From Raillietiella orientalis (Eukaryota), in contig JAYWIR010000002.1 in NCBI GenBank assembly GCA_036172245.1, forward strand, positions 4,650,001 through 4,714,000: 64,000 nucleotides of DNA, given 5' to 3'. Shown here piece by piece: positions 47,981 to 62,016 of the stretch. The notes beneath the pieces were generated by a model, which searched no databases, was not told where the DNA came from, and saw only the letters and a list, made by a program, of their open reading frames with translations. Position numbers and translations under genes: made by a program. The first letter of the stretch is position 1. The number at the start of each line of letters is the position of its first letter.

Positions 47981-50900
47981 CATCCCAGAGTCTCCAGTTG
48001 AAAGCTCGTCTTCAGAATCCATCCCTTCTTCCCCTTCTCGCACGGTTTCGACACGATGGTGCAGAAGAATTCCGGCTTGGAGAATAAACCGATGCGACTT
48101 CCCACCGGAAAATTCTCGAGAATTTCTCGAGAACCAGCGAATCGTTGAACGAAACTCGACATTCGAAAGGCAGGGACCAACTGCAGTGACGCATGAGTCA
48201 GGGAGGGTGGAAATGCCGCCCCCTTGGCATTCGAAACATGCGATGAAAAGATCGGATGTAGAGTGTAGAGTTCAGGTGCAAGAGAGCTACGCAGACGGCT
48301 GCCGGAGGAGAGTTACCTAGCAGCACCCGAATCCTCAAAGCAGGATTCGACATTTCTCTTACCCTGCTTGCTGGAATGCATCAGGTCTCCGGCATGCACA
48401 GTTCGAACACCTCCGAATGCGTGAATTTTCCTTGCTCCGGAGTGCAGGTCCTTGCAGGCAGATGGCTGTGCCTCTTCGTTTATGGGAATTTCACGCAAAG
48501 ACCTAATCTGACCTGCGCCCAGGAGGAACTGGTCTTTCCGGTCTTATCTCGAGTAACATTCACGAAATACCCATTCCGTACCCGGTTAGCTGGAATGAAC
48601 TTCTGCGCTCTCCGAAGAGGATGAAACGCCTCTGACACCAACTGTAGTCTTCAGAAGAAAAAAAAAAAAACTTCTTTGGACCTCAGGGGAATCTGTCGAC
48701 TTCGCCAAGCACTCAACTCTTCCGATTCTTTCGTGCTCCCTTCCCTCCAGCTTGTGATCGCGAAACCCAGACTGCCCGAGATAGCGGAGAGCGGCACCAT
48801 TCCTCAGCTGCAGAGTGACTCTGCGTTCTTGGCAAGGCGACGCTGTTTGCGCATCGAAACTGGTCCATCACGCTCCTGCGCGTCAAGTGCGCGCGCACAA
48901 CGAATTCCAGAGCAGCGCATGCCCGTCTCTCAGGGCGAACGTGCCAAGGATGAGTTTTCCCTTCTTCCGCGTGTTTCCTTTTCCCGCTTTCAGGAGAGGG
49001 GATCTCCAAACGAGGCAGTCCATGGCCGTCCTGGAGCCTTCCTGCAAGATCGCCTACCCCCTCTTGAGTCCCAGTCCCGCCCGTCCCGGAACACAGTGCT
49101 GCAACCACAGGTAGGCCGGTGCGTGCCGCTAACGCTCTTCAAATCCAAGAGAGGTTTCAAGAAATTGAATCGAATGGAAGTGCACACTCCCCCTTCGGCG
49201 TCCGAAGTCTCATGTGCACTTGGGTGCAAAAGGCAAAGAAGGTGAGGTCCTCTTCTTCTTCCTTCTTTTCCTAAGTGTCATCCACTTCCGCCTTGCAAAA
49301 AGCTCGTGCTTTCCAGATTGCGAAATGGAAACGATCCTAGCTGAAGTGGATCGGAAGAAACGATAGCTGTGATACTAAATTGATCTTCTGTGGTCAAATG
49401 AATCGGGCCTGACTTCGATTTCCATTTCGAAAGGATTCTTCAAGAGCTCCTCCCGCCGGAATGAAAAGAATGTCTTCCTAAACCATGGAGTGCGGGAAGG
49501 AAAGAAACACCTTTGAAAAAGGAAACACAAGAGATGAAGAAACTCGGATGTACACATTTTCCCTTGTGGGTAAATACAGCGCTGATGCCGTGGGTGCCAT
49601 GGTGACGGACCAACAGCGGCTGTGGACTTGGTGAATACAATGCTGGTATGGGTTGCCCTATGGATCAGCGGCGCTTAGCGGCGACGGCGACCAAGTCCAC
49701 AATAAGTAGAGTGAAACGGCTTGCAAAAGCAGCCTCCATCACGCAGTTTGGATACAGATTTTTAGCCTGTTTTGGAGGCAATGTTGATGCACGGTGTTCA
49801 GCAGCTGAGCTCGTACGATCCCGAACCAGTGTCAACCTGGAAATCAGATTGCTTGCGGATTATAGGGGATAATACTCGGCGAAATCCGTGAAAGGGATGA
49901 TGCCGTGTGCTGTAGATACAAATCCAGAGCATCTTAAGAACAGAGGATGCATCGTGACGTCGCCCCTCAGCTTACTAAAAAAAAAAAAAAGCATTTGAAG
50001 TAAACAGAAATTGGAGGGTGACGCAATGGACCCGGAAAATCTTTTCAACGACCAGGATCGTATTGAAGGATGTGGGGAGATCTACTGCTGACGAGGCAGA
50101 TAAGAGGGAAGCGAAAAACGCACACTGCAAAGGAAAAAGGATCTCGTAGTGCGTTTCCTGGACAACCGCTGCCAACTTTGGGAGATGGTGCGAACCGATC
50201 TGGAAGATAAATCGGGATGCAAAAGCTGGGTTTCTTAGAGAAAACAGAACTCAATCATTCATTAGAAGAAAACGAAGATCTGAAAGCCAAAGAAACTCAT
50301 TTTCAACTGCCTCGCTTTAAACCCATTGCCCTTTATCATTCGTCTAGTCTCTGTACGGTCGCACGAGGCATCTTTGATTCAGGGCTGGAAGTTGAGGAAA
50401 ATGCTACCAATTCTTAAAGTGCAATACCATCGATGAAAATTCAAAGGTCTGACAGCCTCTGAATCAACGGAAGCTTTCTAGCCTTCTTTTGCTCCATCGA
50501 AGCCAAATCCAAGGATTCAAGACGATCGTTCACTTGTGTCATTGGAGATTGCAGCGTGCTCGAAAAAAAAAATTTTTTTCTTCGGCAGCTTCGCAGGGTT
50601 CAACTTATAGTCTCATTGCCCAAATCTTTTGTGACTTTCTATCGCTATACTTGAGTTGGGCAATCACTGATGTAGAGGGAGCAGCTGCGAGGTCGCTCTC
50701 GTACGCTCAACAGCAAGAGACCAGTTCTTCGGCACGGAGGCGAGCGTGCCGGGGAACGCTGCCACGTCTGAACGCCCACGCCTTTCCCGCTCCGGGTCGG
50801 CCAGGGGGTGTTGCTGGACGGCTGCGAAGGCAAACCGCGGTCGCACGAGTCGGATTCAGCAGAGGCTGGGTGTTTCCGTTGCGGGCTGTGGCGGAGACCA

Positions 50901-51137
50901 AACGCTCCTTCGCGCCTGCGGTAGGAGAGCTTGGCCCTTTTCGAGGGATCCAACAGGACCCACGTTTTCCGGAGCCGATGGAGCGCATTATTCCCATTAC
51001 TGGGCAGGAGGGAGATTCGGATCTGCCGTTCAGGTGAGAATCTGTGCGGTCGTAATTGCAGAACTGCGGGGTTTATTGCCTTCTTGATTCATCACATTCA
51101 TTTCGCTCCTCGCCGACATCGATTAGCGATTTCTAAT

Positions 51138-51141
<4 letters not shown>

Positions 51142-51168
<27 letters not shown>
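51142..51168. repeat. (CA)n microsatellite
   Basis: Direct reading. Confidence 0.95.
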
Positions 51169-53559
51169 GTACACACACCCCAGGATGCAATTCTTAACAC
51201 CCTCAATCTCGTACGACGAGCCAACCATTACGTCATGGCGGTCGCCGTAAAGCGAGATCACCCACAGCTGCGCCTCCAGGGCGCTCGGACGTGCGAGCAA
51301 AACTCGCATCCTCGCAGGCAGCAAGAATCTCATCCAGGCGCCGAGGATATCCTGGGAGCATCTTCTTCGACGCGGAAAGACTCGAAACTCCCAGCCACTT
51401 GCGCCATGCGTCCCTCTGACGAAGCACCCCGATTCGCTGGCCGCCGCCGACCACGTTTAGCGACCCCTTCAAGAAGAAACGCATGCCTGCGGATTGTTCA
51501 TCGGTGGTAAAGCAAGCGCGAGCCCTTCTTTTGCGCTGGTTTGCTGACCCCCCGCCGCGCGGCGGCGGCGCCAAAGCATGACGAAACAACACCTCGGCAT
51601 TCAGCACAGGTGGAAGAAGGGAAAGTCCTGAGCGGGCATTCCTTCGTGCGGAGAAATCCGAAACTATTAACGGAGATGACACTCTGGGGAGGAAATCAAG
51701 GCGGGAGGGGGGACACAGGAATGTGACATATGCCGTGGTCGTGACAGACAATTGGTTAATGCGCACATGAAGTCCAGTAATAGCTCCTCCGAGGAGCCCC
51801 TGTCGAACTGGTCATCTCCTTGGGCCCTGCCGAATGCGAGGTCACTCGCGGAGTCACTAGTGAAACGGTGGAATTCTGCCCCCCCTACTCCCCATCTCCC
51901 CACTTCTCAACCTCGCGGGGTAACCGAAGACGCACCTCGGAAGGCAGCTCCACCCCCCGTTCCTGGCTCCAGAAGGAAAGGAGAGCACGGGTCAGCCAGA
52001 GTAACCACCGGCATCTCGGGAAGAGTAGCAGCTGGATCGCCACCCCGTTACGCACCGCGGGCGAAAGGCACACGGGGATTCATCTTCTTTCGTCGGCAAA
52101 AACCGTCACGGACGAGGAAGAGATCTCGTCCTCCGGCCAGCCGGAGACTTTCCGGCGGACGATCGACGCCGCCTGCCCTCCCCGCACTCTCTCCGGGGCA
52201 GATGGGAACCCTGTCGTCCTGGGACCAAGATCACAGGAGTGAGAAGATGGAGGAGGACCACTCTGGACACGCTCCTTTGCCTCCGACGCTCTCGGCAACA
52301 CCCGCCCTGGAAGCGGCAGCCGCTCGTCTCCGTGATCTTCCTGAAACGGATTTTTGCCCATGTGGCTTCCGCGGGGACGGCAGCTGGTCTCCCGGCGGCC
52401 GTGTGCGGGCCCGGCGGAGACCGCCTACGCGTCCCGAGGTCGATTCCCCCCCCCCCCCGGAAGGTTCTTTCGACACCGCGGAGCGACGGGATCCCGGGAA
52501 AGGGCGCTGCCTCGTCAGCCCGGGGACGGCCGAGCTAGCGATAGGAGATTCCGCTGCAGCGCCCAGCTCAGGATCCCAGGAGGGGCGCCGTCGTCCCACG
52601 CGCGCCGCAAGTGGCTCTCACGCGCAAGCCCACCGGATGATCCCTCCTGCCGCAAGCACGCGGAGATGCACTCTGCGTTATCCCTGAATGGGAGCCATGA
52701 TGCTGCTGAATTCTCCTCCGCTGAAGATCTGAAGACTTCCCCCCCCTCAATAAACCTCCTGTAACGTCAGCAACAGCAGTTATCAAACTTTCACTTCACG
52801 GTGGATTTCAAATCGCTCGCGGCATTCTCGATCGCAGGATAGGAAATCCCGTGTTGTGTTCGTCGCCGGCAGAAAAATGGGGAAAAGTATGGCTTGAGGT
52901 ATCAGAACAACAGCCGCAAGTGGTCGGTCCCCAGGTGACGAAAAGAGCACCAGAAGTGTTCTAAATCCTAGGGTAGCAAGGTCGTTGATGCGTTCGATGA
53001 GTGCATGCGGTTGTACTGGAACTTTCCAAGGTGTTTCCAAACAAAACAAAAAAAAGGCAGAAAAGAGAATCAACATTATAGGAAGTAATGCTTCGTAGAG
53101 TGCATCATTGATCAATCACTATTCTCTCCAGGAAAAGAGAACTGGAAAGATGAAGCAGAAACCAACTACAGCCTTTTAATCAAGGAGTGTACGGTAGCCC
53201 TCATAGCGGTTTCCTTTAACGCAAAACGTATCCCCCGCGTTATACGGGAGTCCACTGTATTTAATCGCCTTAAGCAATTCTCCACTTTTCATCACCATGG
53301 TTCCCGTCGTTGGAAAATGCATCTTCCCATACTATTTCTCTCCATATGAATAAAATGGGGTTCAAGCTAATGAAACGGTGCGTTAAAGGCAGCCAAACCG
53401 ACACGGCACCACGAAATCCAAATTCATCCACAGCGCCGTACGGGGCTGATTTGCCACCGCGCTGTACGAGGGCTGCCGCATTTTCCCTCGCCGCGTTGTT
53501 CTCCGATCTAGCCGGTCCATCATCGTGATTTCCAGTTTTTTGGCTGTCTCAGAGCTGCA

Positions 53560-54300
53560 AAGTTGGAACGGGTCGGAATCTGGAGGTTCCCTCGTGCTCC
53601 ATCTGACTACGATCGATGGCAGCAGTACGAAGGAGTCACTGAGATCTGAGCGCGTTCGAGATGTGAGGGATGTGGATCAACTCATCGGGATAATTCATCC
53701 GCACCTGCTTCCAATTTTCTGGGATGCCGCTGAGGTTCATCTCCGACACGTCGATGGTGTCGCTGCGCAGGAAGGGCAGCTCGTTGCGGCCTGAGGCCCG
53801 GGCACGCAGTGTCCATCAGGGAGATGGCGCGCGGGCGATCGCCACCAACCCTCTCGGGTCGCTCCGCGGACGTTTGCGAGGAGAGTCGGTGGCGGAGTGC
53901 GCACCGAGCGGACGGCACCCTGCCCCAAGAGGGGGCAGTCCTTCTCCGGAGGCCTCAGGGTGCTTGGAGCGGCCGTCTTGCCCCTGCGCCGGATTCCGGG
54001 CCACGTCCTCCGCAGGTGGATCGCCGGCGGCCCGCGGCTTCCCGGGGGATGGCTCGACGTTGGCTTCGGGGTCCCTCCAGGGCTTCGAAGGGAGCAAGGC
54101 CCCTTTGGGTTAGGGAAAGCGAGGGCTGCTTGTCCCTCCTTCGACACCTCCTCCAGGCACGGCCGCGCGACGGCGACCTGCGTGAGCTGGGTGTGCAGGA
54201 TCCTGGTGCCCGCCAGGGCCTCTTCAGCGCAACCAGGAGGCTCACCATCGGAGACGACCGCGCGTGACCCGGGGTGATCCCCCAGGAGCGAGGGGAATCC
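53560..54300 (-). mobile_element. Decayed BEL/Pao integrase-region remnant
   Basis: RPERVGGDRPRAISL (cf. PF..VG.D.AGP) and downstream degenerate integrase-like segments. Confidence 0.3.
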
Positions 54301-55056
54301 GACTTCCCTCACTTCTGACCCCTCATGGAAGAGCAGCGCTACGGCCGGCCGCCAGTGGCACCGCGGAGACTGAAGGCAGTATTCGACCAGGTGTCCGATG
54401 GCGTCTGGTCAAATGCCTGGGACGGTGTTTCAGAAAGGCGTTCTCGCCCGGCTCGCATCTTCTGCGTTGCCACCCGAAGGTCACGTCGGGGCATTTATTA
54501 ATTAAAATAAATTCACAACTTTTATGGTACGAAGCCCAACCGCGGCCAACTCAACAAAGAAAGGAGCCGTAAAACGTCCCTGGAGGGGTTGAGCACCGGG
54601 ATCCGGAGGGTCGTTCCGACACTTCCCCACAGGGTCCGCAGGACAACATGGACCACGAGCAGGTGAGGGAGGGGGGATTCCCAATCCCCGCACGTGCGTC
54701 AGTCCGGTCTCGCTCTCCCTAACGTCCAGTGGTGTCGGCGCGCGCATCTTCGGCGTAGGAAATGTTGCGGGGTTGACTGGTAGCACGTGAAAAATGGTAC
54801 GCAAGCTGCGTCTCCAGGATGGGATCCCCTGGGCCTCGAGGTCATTCCCACCCCACCTTCCTCCCCCCTCCTTCCTCTGCACGAAGAGGCACATTTCAAA
54901 CGCTTCAGAGGCTCTTCCGGCGCTGGAAAGCAAGCAAAGACATCCCGTTCGCACTTGGGTGTGGCTCTGGACTCCTAGCAACTATCACTACCAGCCTTCC
55001 GATGGATCAGAGGATCGAAGAAATCCCCCCTCTTTGTGGCGACTTTGAAAACCACC

Positions 55057-55782
55057 CGGGAGCGATCGTAATCCCGAAAGGTCAAAATTTCAAATGTCGA
55101 AATCTCGAAAGATTAAGATAAAAAATAAACACACGTGTTTGTATATAGATTGATATATAGATTTATTTCAACATATGTATTTTTCAATATTCATTCGCGT
55201 ACATATTATTAACATATTAATAATATATTACCTATGTTGAAAATATGTGCCTCAATAATATGTACATTAATCTATAGTATGTACATATTGTTAACATAAT
55301 AATATCTTTATATAGATATTAAGATGTATATTTTTATATCTTGACTAACATGTATCATAAAGAGTGTAAAAATGAATGTATATGCTTATTATGTATATTA
55401 ATATATACATATATATATCCATGTATAGATTAGAGTACAATTTTATTTTAACCCACATATTTATTGATATAACTGATACTGTATATTATAGTATACGTTA
55501 TTAGCACATATATTAAAAATCATGAAAAATAATAATATGTGTTTATTATATATATTAATATACATTTATGCATGCAATAAATGCATGTTAAATATGTAAA
55601 TATCGAATTATGAACATACACATTTAATTTTAATAATTTTTACAATATAAATTAATTTATACATAAATCTGTATAAAGATATATATGTTGCTGTGTATAA
55701 TGAACACATATGTTCAGTTTGTATGATCTTTCGAGACTTCGGCTTTCGGGATTTCCGCATTCGGGATTTTGAAGAGAACCCG
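55057..55782. mobile_element. AT-rich MITE-like DNA transposon (copy 2)
   Basis: TIRs built of AATCCCGAAAG-type repeats: CGGG..AATCCCGAAAG..AATCTCGAAAGAT / ATCTTTCGAGA..TTTCGGGATTT..TTCGGGATTTTGA..CCCG. Flanks AAACCACC / AAGCCAGC match 6/8 (possible TSD). Confidence 0.8.
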
Positions 55783-56621
55783 AAGCCAGCACGTCAGAAT
55801 ACTTTTTGCGTCTTCGGGTCATCTCCCCCGGGAAGAGCAGAGGGAAAGACCCTTCGCCTCAGGAACTGAGCTCTGGTGCTCCGACGACGACTGCGAAAGA
55901 GGATCCGGATGTTCCTCGTTTTCGCCCAGCACTCCCAGTGCGGCGGCGGCTGGGAGCGAACGGCTCCCCCTCTCCCTGGTTTCCCCCTTCCGGAAAGCAG
56001 CGAGCCCCGTGGCCTCCCCGCGTGGAATCGAACGCGTCCGAAAAGTGCAGCCGAGCGCAGAGGCCCCGACGAAAGCCCCGGGTTCGCGAAACAGGATATA
56101 TCCGGGAATGCCGTCTCTGCTTAGCAGGGGCAGGCTGCTGCTGCCACCCACGCTTACCAAATCGGCGCCAAGCTTTGCACTTGCGAGAGAGCGCAGTGCC
56201 GCAGAGGGGAAGTTGGCGCGGCAGACGCGCGGAGCCGCGAGTCTCCCAGGAAATGACGTCTCGAGTCGCAGAACCGTTGCGAAGAGTACCGGGGCTGCGT
56301 ATGTTTTTTGTTCCATTCGGATGCTCTTGCTCTGCGCTCCGAGGAAGAACCAGGCGCCGCTGCAGTTCCAGAAGATGGCATTGGGGTGACCTGGGGTGAC
56401 CACGCAACAGTGAAGTGTGTGCTGCTAGCCAACTGCTGGTCATCCGTAATGGATCTGGCGTACGCGAAAAGTTAGCCAAATTATTGAGCCTTCGCTCCAA
56501 GGGAGGGCATCTGGAGCGGCGACCAGACCTAGTTGGCCACACGGAGCCAGAATGTGGAAGAACGCTTAAGATGGGCAGAGCGCGCCCGTGGGCCACAACA
56601 CGAGCGTCCTCGTCTTTCTGC

Positions 56622-56848
56622 AGCCCGACGCCCGTGTGGCTGCGGCCTCCGCGCGCGGTAGCAAGCCGGAGACCGGATGCCCCGCTTTGACCTGCCGGAA
56701 GGATCAGCTGACTTTCTCCGAGGTCCTTCCAGGAACCAACGAGTCGATCCCCTTGGGGTTTCTCTCCTGCGGTTGTGAAAATGGAGCCGCACTATGGAGC
56801 CGGTCGATATCCCCCTCGGGGGGTTCCCTCTCTAGAGTGTCAGAAGCC
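56622..56848 (+). repeat. RepA, internally deleted copy d
   Basis: CCGTGTGGCTGCGGCCTCCGCGCG matches the head of copy a; CCCTTGGGGTT..GGTTGTGAAAATGGAGCCG matches the body. Confidence 0.65.
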
Positions 56849-57612
56849 CAACGGGGGTCAACCCATAAGTCAAACGCGCGCTCGCGCGTGGCGCCGACAG
56901 ATCCAAGTCGAAAAGCGGCTCATGAACTTTTTGCTCCAAGAAAAAACGTGTGGCACGGGATGACGTGCAGGACGTCGGTCGTGACTTCAAGAATCGGTTA
57001 TCTATTCCTGGTTCCATTTCGTGTTCGCCCTCCCTTCCCCCTCCTCCCCATTTTTCTGGTCCTTTTCCCGATTCCAAAACTGCTACTCCTACTGAAGTTA
57101 AAGGAAAATTCACGAGTGGGCCGAGGGAATCCAAAAGTGAAAGGTGGTCCATTTATCGAAAATGAAATTGTAGAGAAACACACCAGAGTGGAAGGTCACC
57201 CGGCCACTTTCTGCGTTGGCATGAAGACCTGCTGAAAGAGCTGCGTACCCGAGGAGTGCTGCAGGCTATCGGCCCCACGAATGCCGATGTCTCGTTCCAA
57301 TTCCTTCTGTTCTCGTAACGATCGACTTCTTTCTTGGAGCATGCAGTGGGTAAACATGGAAGCAGCTTGGACTTTCATCTGCCTGGCTCGCGGGGGAGTG
57401 TGGGCGGCAGGAAGAGAAACGACCCCCGGACGATGATTTTCCGGCAGGTGAAGATTTGGCTCACCAGAGTGATCTGAAGAACGAGAAAAAAAAAAAAAAA
57501 AACTTCGTCTGCAAATTCGGTTTTGTTCTCCGCTCCCTCCTTGTTCCCGGTGCTGCTTTCTGATTCCTTTCCGCCTCACGAATAAGGGAATGCCGAACAC
57601 TCCTGGCTTTCA

Positions 57613-57911
57613 GGGGTGCCGGTCGAAATTCCGAAAGATCTTGAAAACAATAGATATGTTTATTATGTAGAGATTAATACGCATATTTATATGCAAATTT
57701 GTTTTACCATACGTATTTATTTATGTATATTGATGTACATGCTATCAATAGTAATATTATTGTGACATATTTATCAAGATTTATTAACATACATTTTGTT
57801 AATATAATTAGTAATGTGCTTATTATACATAAATATGCAAATTTATTATATATGGACTAATATACCTCTTGATCTTCGATTTTGATCATTCGGGATTTTG
57901 AGCCGAACCCC
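57613..57911. mobile_element. AT-rich MITE-like DNA transposon (copy 3, short)
   Basis: GGGGTGCCGGTCGAAATTCCGAAAGATC ... GATCATTCGGGATTTTGAGCCGAACCCC; AT-rich interior like copies 1 and 2. Confidence 0.78.
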
Positions 57912-59453
57912 CTTTATAGCATTTCCGGATGATCAACAAATGCTAAGTGCACGTACACACTTTTTGATTGAAGCTCTAGGAGAGGCGTAGGATTCGTGAT
58001 GCTGTGGTTTGGAAAGCCCAACAGACTGTTTCAGGAACTCCAGATGTGATACGACCCGCATCCCGTGATGTGTACGTGTGCGTATGTGTGCACAGCATGG
58101 ACTTCCCGTTTCAAGCCTTTACGTTATTCCAGTGGCTTTGCAAGATGATATAAACTCTGCACCGGGTCCAGAATTCTTCCCGGATCCCGCGTTCCTAGGA
58201 GATGTAACGAAAAAGCGTGGACGAGGGGCACTCGCGAATTCGTACTTCTAAACGAGGAAGTAGTGCAAGACAAAAACTTCTCCAGAATATATAGAAAGTT
58301 AAAAAAAAAAAAAAAATGAGCAGAAAATCCCGGTTTCAAGGCAAAAATTATTCCTGTGTCATTGAGGAGTCATGATGCAATGTGACCCTTTTATCTCCGT
58401 TGTAATTATTGCACTTTCCTTGGCGCTTCAGGGCAACGCGTACCTTTAGGCTGCTTGTACGAAGTGGGAATCGAAAGAGAACCACCGGAGTTTATCTTTA
58501 AACGCCAGACGACGCAACGACGGTAATGATAATAACGTCGGAATGATTTTTCTTGTGTGATTTTTGCTTGAGACACTCTGCAAGATATTATTAGTAGCCG
58601 TTAATGGTTTAATGAGCTACTAGACGCCATTAGTCATACTAGAGTTGCATCTCGATTATGCAAAAGCATGCCTTCTCATCACAATATCTGTCTCATGGGA
58701 TAAATTATTGGTCATTTTCTCCCAAAGGAATAATTAGAAAAAGTAACTTGCACCATACGTCATTCAAAAACCCCAGATCGAAGTTGATGGAGCGTTTCTA
58801 TTTTTATCACACAGGGCCACCTGTAGTGAGCCCAAATTGGGACCAGAGATTCGACAGACTTTGGAAATCGACGTCTTACTGAAAATTTTTGGAGCCACGC
58901 GTTCCGGAGCGGTGGAAGCGAAGCCACGGATTGAGCCGGTTTTCCCATCTTCCGAAATGAGGATGCCCAGCAATCTGCTCAGTAGTTTTGGGGAGGGGGG
59001 GAGAGGGCTGCACTGGAAAGCAATTTGAGGGTGCGATAGGGTCATCCGTCATCATTCTGATCTTTTCAGAAAATAGGGAAACGAAAATCAGCATCATGAT
59101 ATGCAGCCGGAGCGTTCGGTGCTACTTTGCGGATCCGTGCAGCACAATGAGCTTTTGAGTTTCCTTGGCGGTGGCGGGACGAAGGATTCTCAAGAAGCAT
59201 CCCCGTGGGAGGAAAGCCGATCTTGGTAACGCGGCGGAGGAAACTTCCAGGTATTGCCTGCGGACCAATGAGCGTCCTTCGATGATCAAACAGCAATGCA
59301 CGCAGCAACCCGCACCTCTTGGGTTAGGTTTTGTGAGGACTCGAGGAGCACCGCAGAAAGGATCACCTTCTGAAGAGCTTCTAGGTATTCCTTCTTCTTC
59401 TTCTTCTTCTTCCTCTTCGCCGGCTTTTGTTTTCGGGTCTTCGTGTTGCATGG

Positions 59454-59931
59454 TGCAAATGTGGCACGAGTTTCAATGCTCCCATACTTCATGTGAATGC
59501 CGATGACCCAGAGGCAGTCAATCATACATGTTTGCAACGTTGCTGTGGACAAGAGGTGCAAGTTCCCTAAGGGTGTACGTGTTATTGATCTGGTCGGTTA
59601 CAGGCGCAGTGGTCATAAGGAAATTCATGAACCAATGTTTACACAACCTCTCATGTATCAGAAAATTCATAAACCTCGTCCAGTGCTAGGGAAATGTTGT
59701 GCTCAACTAGTGAAAGAGCACTCTTTCACTGCGTAGCAGCTGAAACAGAAGTAAAAAGCACATAAAGATACATAGGAGCGGATCTGTGAAGTTGCACTGA
59801 AGGATTCTGGCAAATTACATCTCGTTGGATGGAAGGACTGGTTGGATTGCCCATGACCCGGGTTTTTTGAAGATCAAGACCCTTTCTCTGTGAAACCTAC
59901 TGGTGTACCTGTTGAAACTCTCAAAAGAGTC
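59454..59931 (+). pseudogene. OGDH: 2-oxoglutarate dehydrogenase E1 pseudogene fragment
   Basis: Across frameshifts: VARV-NAPILHVNADDPEAV-HVCNVA...VIDLVGYRRSGHKEIHEPMFTQPLMYQKI..PVL...KDWLDCP*PGFFEDQDP..KPTGV. Contains stops; no intron within ~160 codons. Confidence 0.9.
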
Positions 59932-60425
59932 GTGTTGGTTGCAATCTCGGGATGATGTAGCGGATGCTGCTTTATGTGTGTGCGCGTGTGCGTGTCTTTT
60001 ATGTAGATGTTGTGGAATCCCCCCGAACACTGTTCTCCATTTCCACAAGAAGGTTTCGGGAAAGAACTCAGCTTTGGGGATGATGGGAGATTTCACAGAG
60101 GGAAAGAAGGAAAAAACTCTTTAAGGAGTTAAGTAACGACGATGGCTGAAAATTCACCCTCGAAAGCACATGCACAGCTACCACCCTTTGCTCAAGGACG
60201 ATGAATCGGATGCCCTTTGCTCTCGAACTGCGAGACTGCAGAAGACCGCTTTAACCGACCATCAACTAGCATTTCCGATCGTCCTCGAGCAAACTGAGAG
60301 GCTGTGAGAAAAGGCAGGATGAGATACACCTGGGCTTCGTGCAACAGTGGAAGAAGGGCAGTGATGCAAAACATAGTGGGTAAGGGCACACATCAAAAAC
60401 TAAACAGCAGTTCCCAAACAAGCAA

Positions 60426-60453
60426 GTAGTCACGTGTAACAACACGTGACTAC
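60426..60453. other. Perfect 12-bp hairpin with two CACGTG E-boxes
   Basis: GTAGTCACGTGT-AACA-ACACGTGACTAC. Confidence 0.85.
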
Positions 60454-62016
60454 CACTGAAAAGGGATGTGGGTTTTCCCTTCCCCTTTCCCCCTTGAAAA
60501 AAGAACTCAAGATCTAGTACCTTATTTTTTCAAAAGAACAAGATCGCCCCAGGACAGCTGACATCGTATCCTCATGACTTTTTCCCAGGTCCGACAACTT
60601 GTGGAGAGGGTGAATTTATTTTTTCTCCAACTCTTACAAGCAGACAAACAGAAACAACCAAACAATCAAGGGATATACAGACACACCTTATGAGCAGACC
60701 CATGGCTTATTCTAGTCCTTTTCATTTTCTCTTTTTTGTGTCCTTTCCACTGGACAAAGATTTGTCTACTGTATGAGGGGGAGAGGGGAAGGAGGAGAGG
60801 AAAAAAGGGTTGATCATCTACCACATAGCACTTTGTCCCCGGTCTCCTGGTATAGGTGCCACCCGCTGTTAGGCCTGCTGAATCGTTCGCATGGTGTAGC
60901 TTATGGCCCAAGCTGGAACCCTGCCACAACCTCGTACTTCTGACCCATCTTAACAGGCCTCTCCCATGAGAAGGTCCGTTAAGATGGGCCAGGCGGCAGC
61001 CTGCACACCCCTTCGAGGCTTTGTCTTCCTGACGAGGATGCTTCTAGCGAAGAAGGCCAAAAATGGCCCTCAACGTGGGGTCGTACAGGGGGGTGACTCC
61101 TTGTCCTCGAGAGAGTCCTGCTCTAGTCAATTTATTGCCTTCTTCACCACTCTTCAGTGTTGGGAGGGGGTCTTGCAGGTGTAGAGACTCAAGTCTCGCA
61201 TGCAGGGCAGTCTCCGTCACTCGGGTTGCCGGTCCAATGCCGGATCCTCGGGCCACACAAGATCCCTCGCTGATAATACATCAGGAGGCACTTCTGGATC
61301 TCTGACGGCTGTTCAGGGCTTCAGAAGACGATCTCGATGGCGTGTGGGTTCGAGGTAGGTCAGTCTGCCAAACCTTGCCTCGTCGTTTCTAAGGCTTCTG
61401 TGCTTGAAATGGTCACCCAGCTCAAGGAGGTGGATTCTCGTCGTTAATCCTTGCAGCTGGTGCTTATGATGCAGAACTCTCATTACGTAAGGGTTTCCAC
61501 TTGTTGCAAAGTTCTCTCAGTCTTCTATGGTCAGTTGCTTCCTCGTCTGGAGCCATCCTTCTGTGACCCACGGCACGCTTATGAAAAGCGGAATGACCGT
61601 GTCCTGAGCTCTGGCTCAGAGTTTCCTGCTCCTCGGGACGATTCCTAGCTTTCTTTCCTCCACTGGAGAGAGTTTGTTGCCCGAGTTTGTTTCTCGGGTC
61701 TACCTAGCTCGTGCCTTGATGTCTTCCGAAGTGGGTGGAAGTTCAAGTTGACCAACTTTACCGAAGTTTGCTTCCACTATTCGTGCTTTGTCCAATTAGC
61801 TGTCTGTGATCCCAAGTTTTTGTCTCATGGACAAAATTTCCTGCGTTGATTTCAGCATTGTATCACTGGGCACCCCTGAGAAGTGAGGTCTGCATACAAA
61901 TCCGCTCAGTAGCCATCATAAGACCCAGACCTCACAGATATAGGTGGATCGGGGGCCACATTCTTGATGATTCCCATCCGGTCATGCCGCTCATGTATTA
62001 CGTAAAGTAATAAAAA

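Noticed and set aside
50088-50118. Hammerhead core CTGACGAG...GAAA
   Set aside because: Stem II cannot pair and no cleavage-site stems were found.
53236-53259. pogo/Tigger-like terminal repeat (CGTTATACGGGAGTCCACTG-TA)
   Set aside because: No partner TIR was found nearby, so no element could be delimited.
61660-61720. DIRS tyrosine recombinase-like CP...VYLAR motif
   Set aside because: A single weak motif that needs a frameshift, with no HSxR or other supporting motifs.
61951-62000. HDV/CPEB3-like ribozyme (starts GGGGGCCACA)
   Set aside because: No complementary P1 strand or P3/L3 motif downstream.
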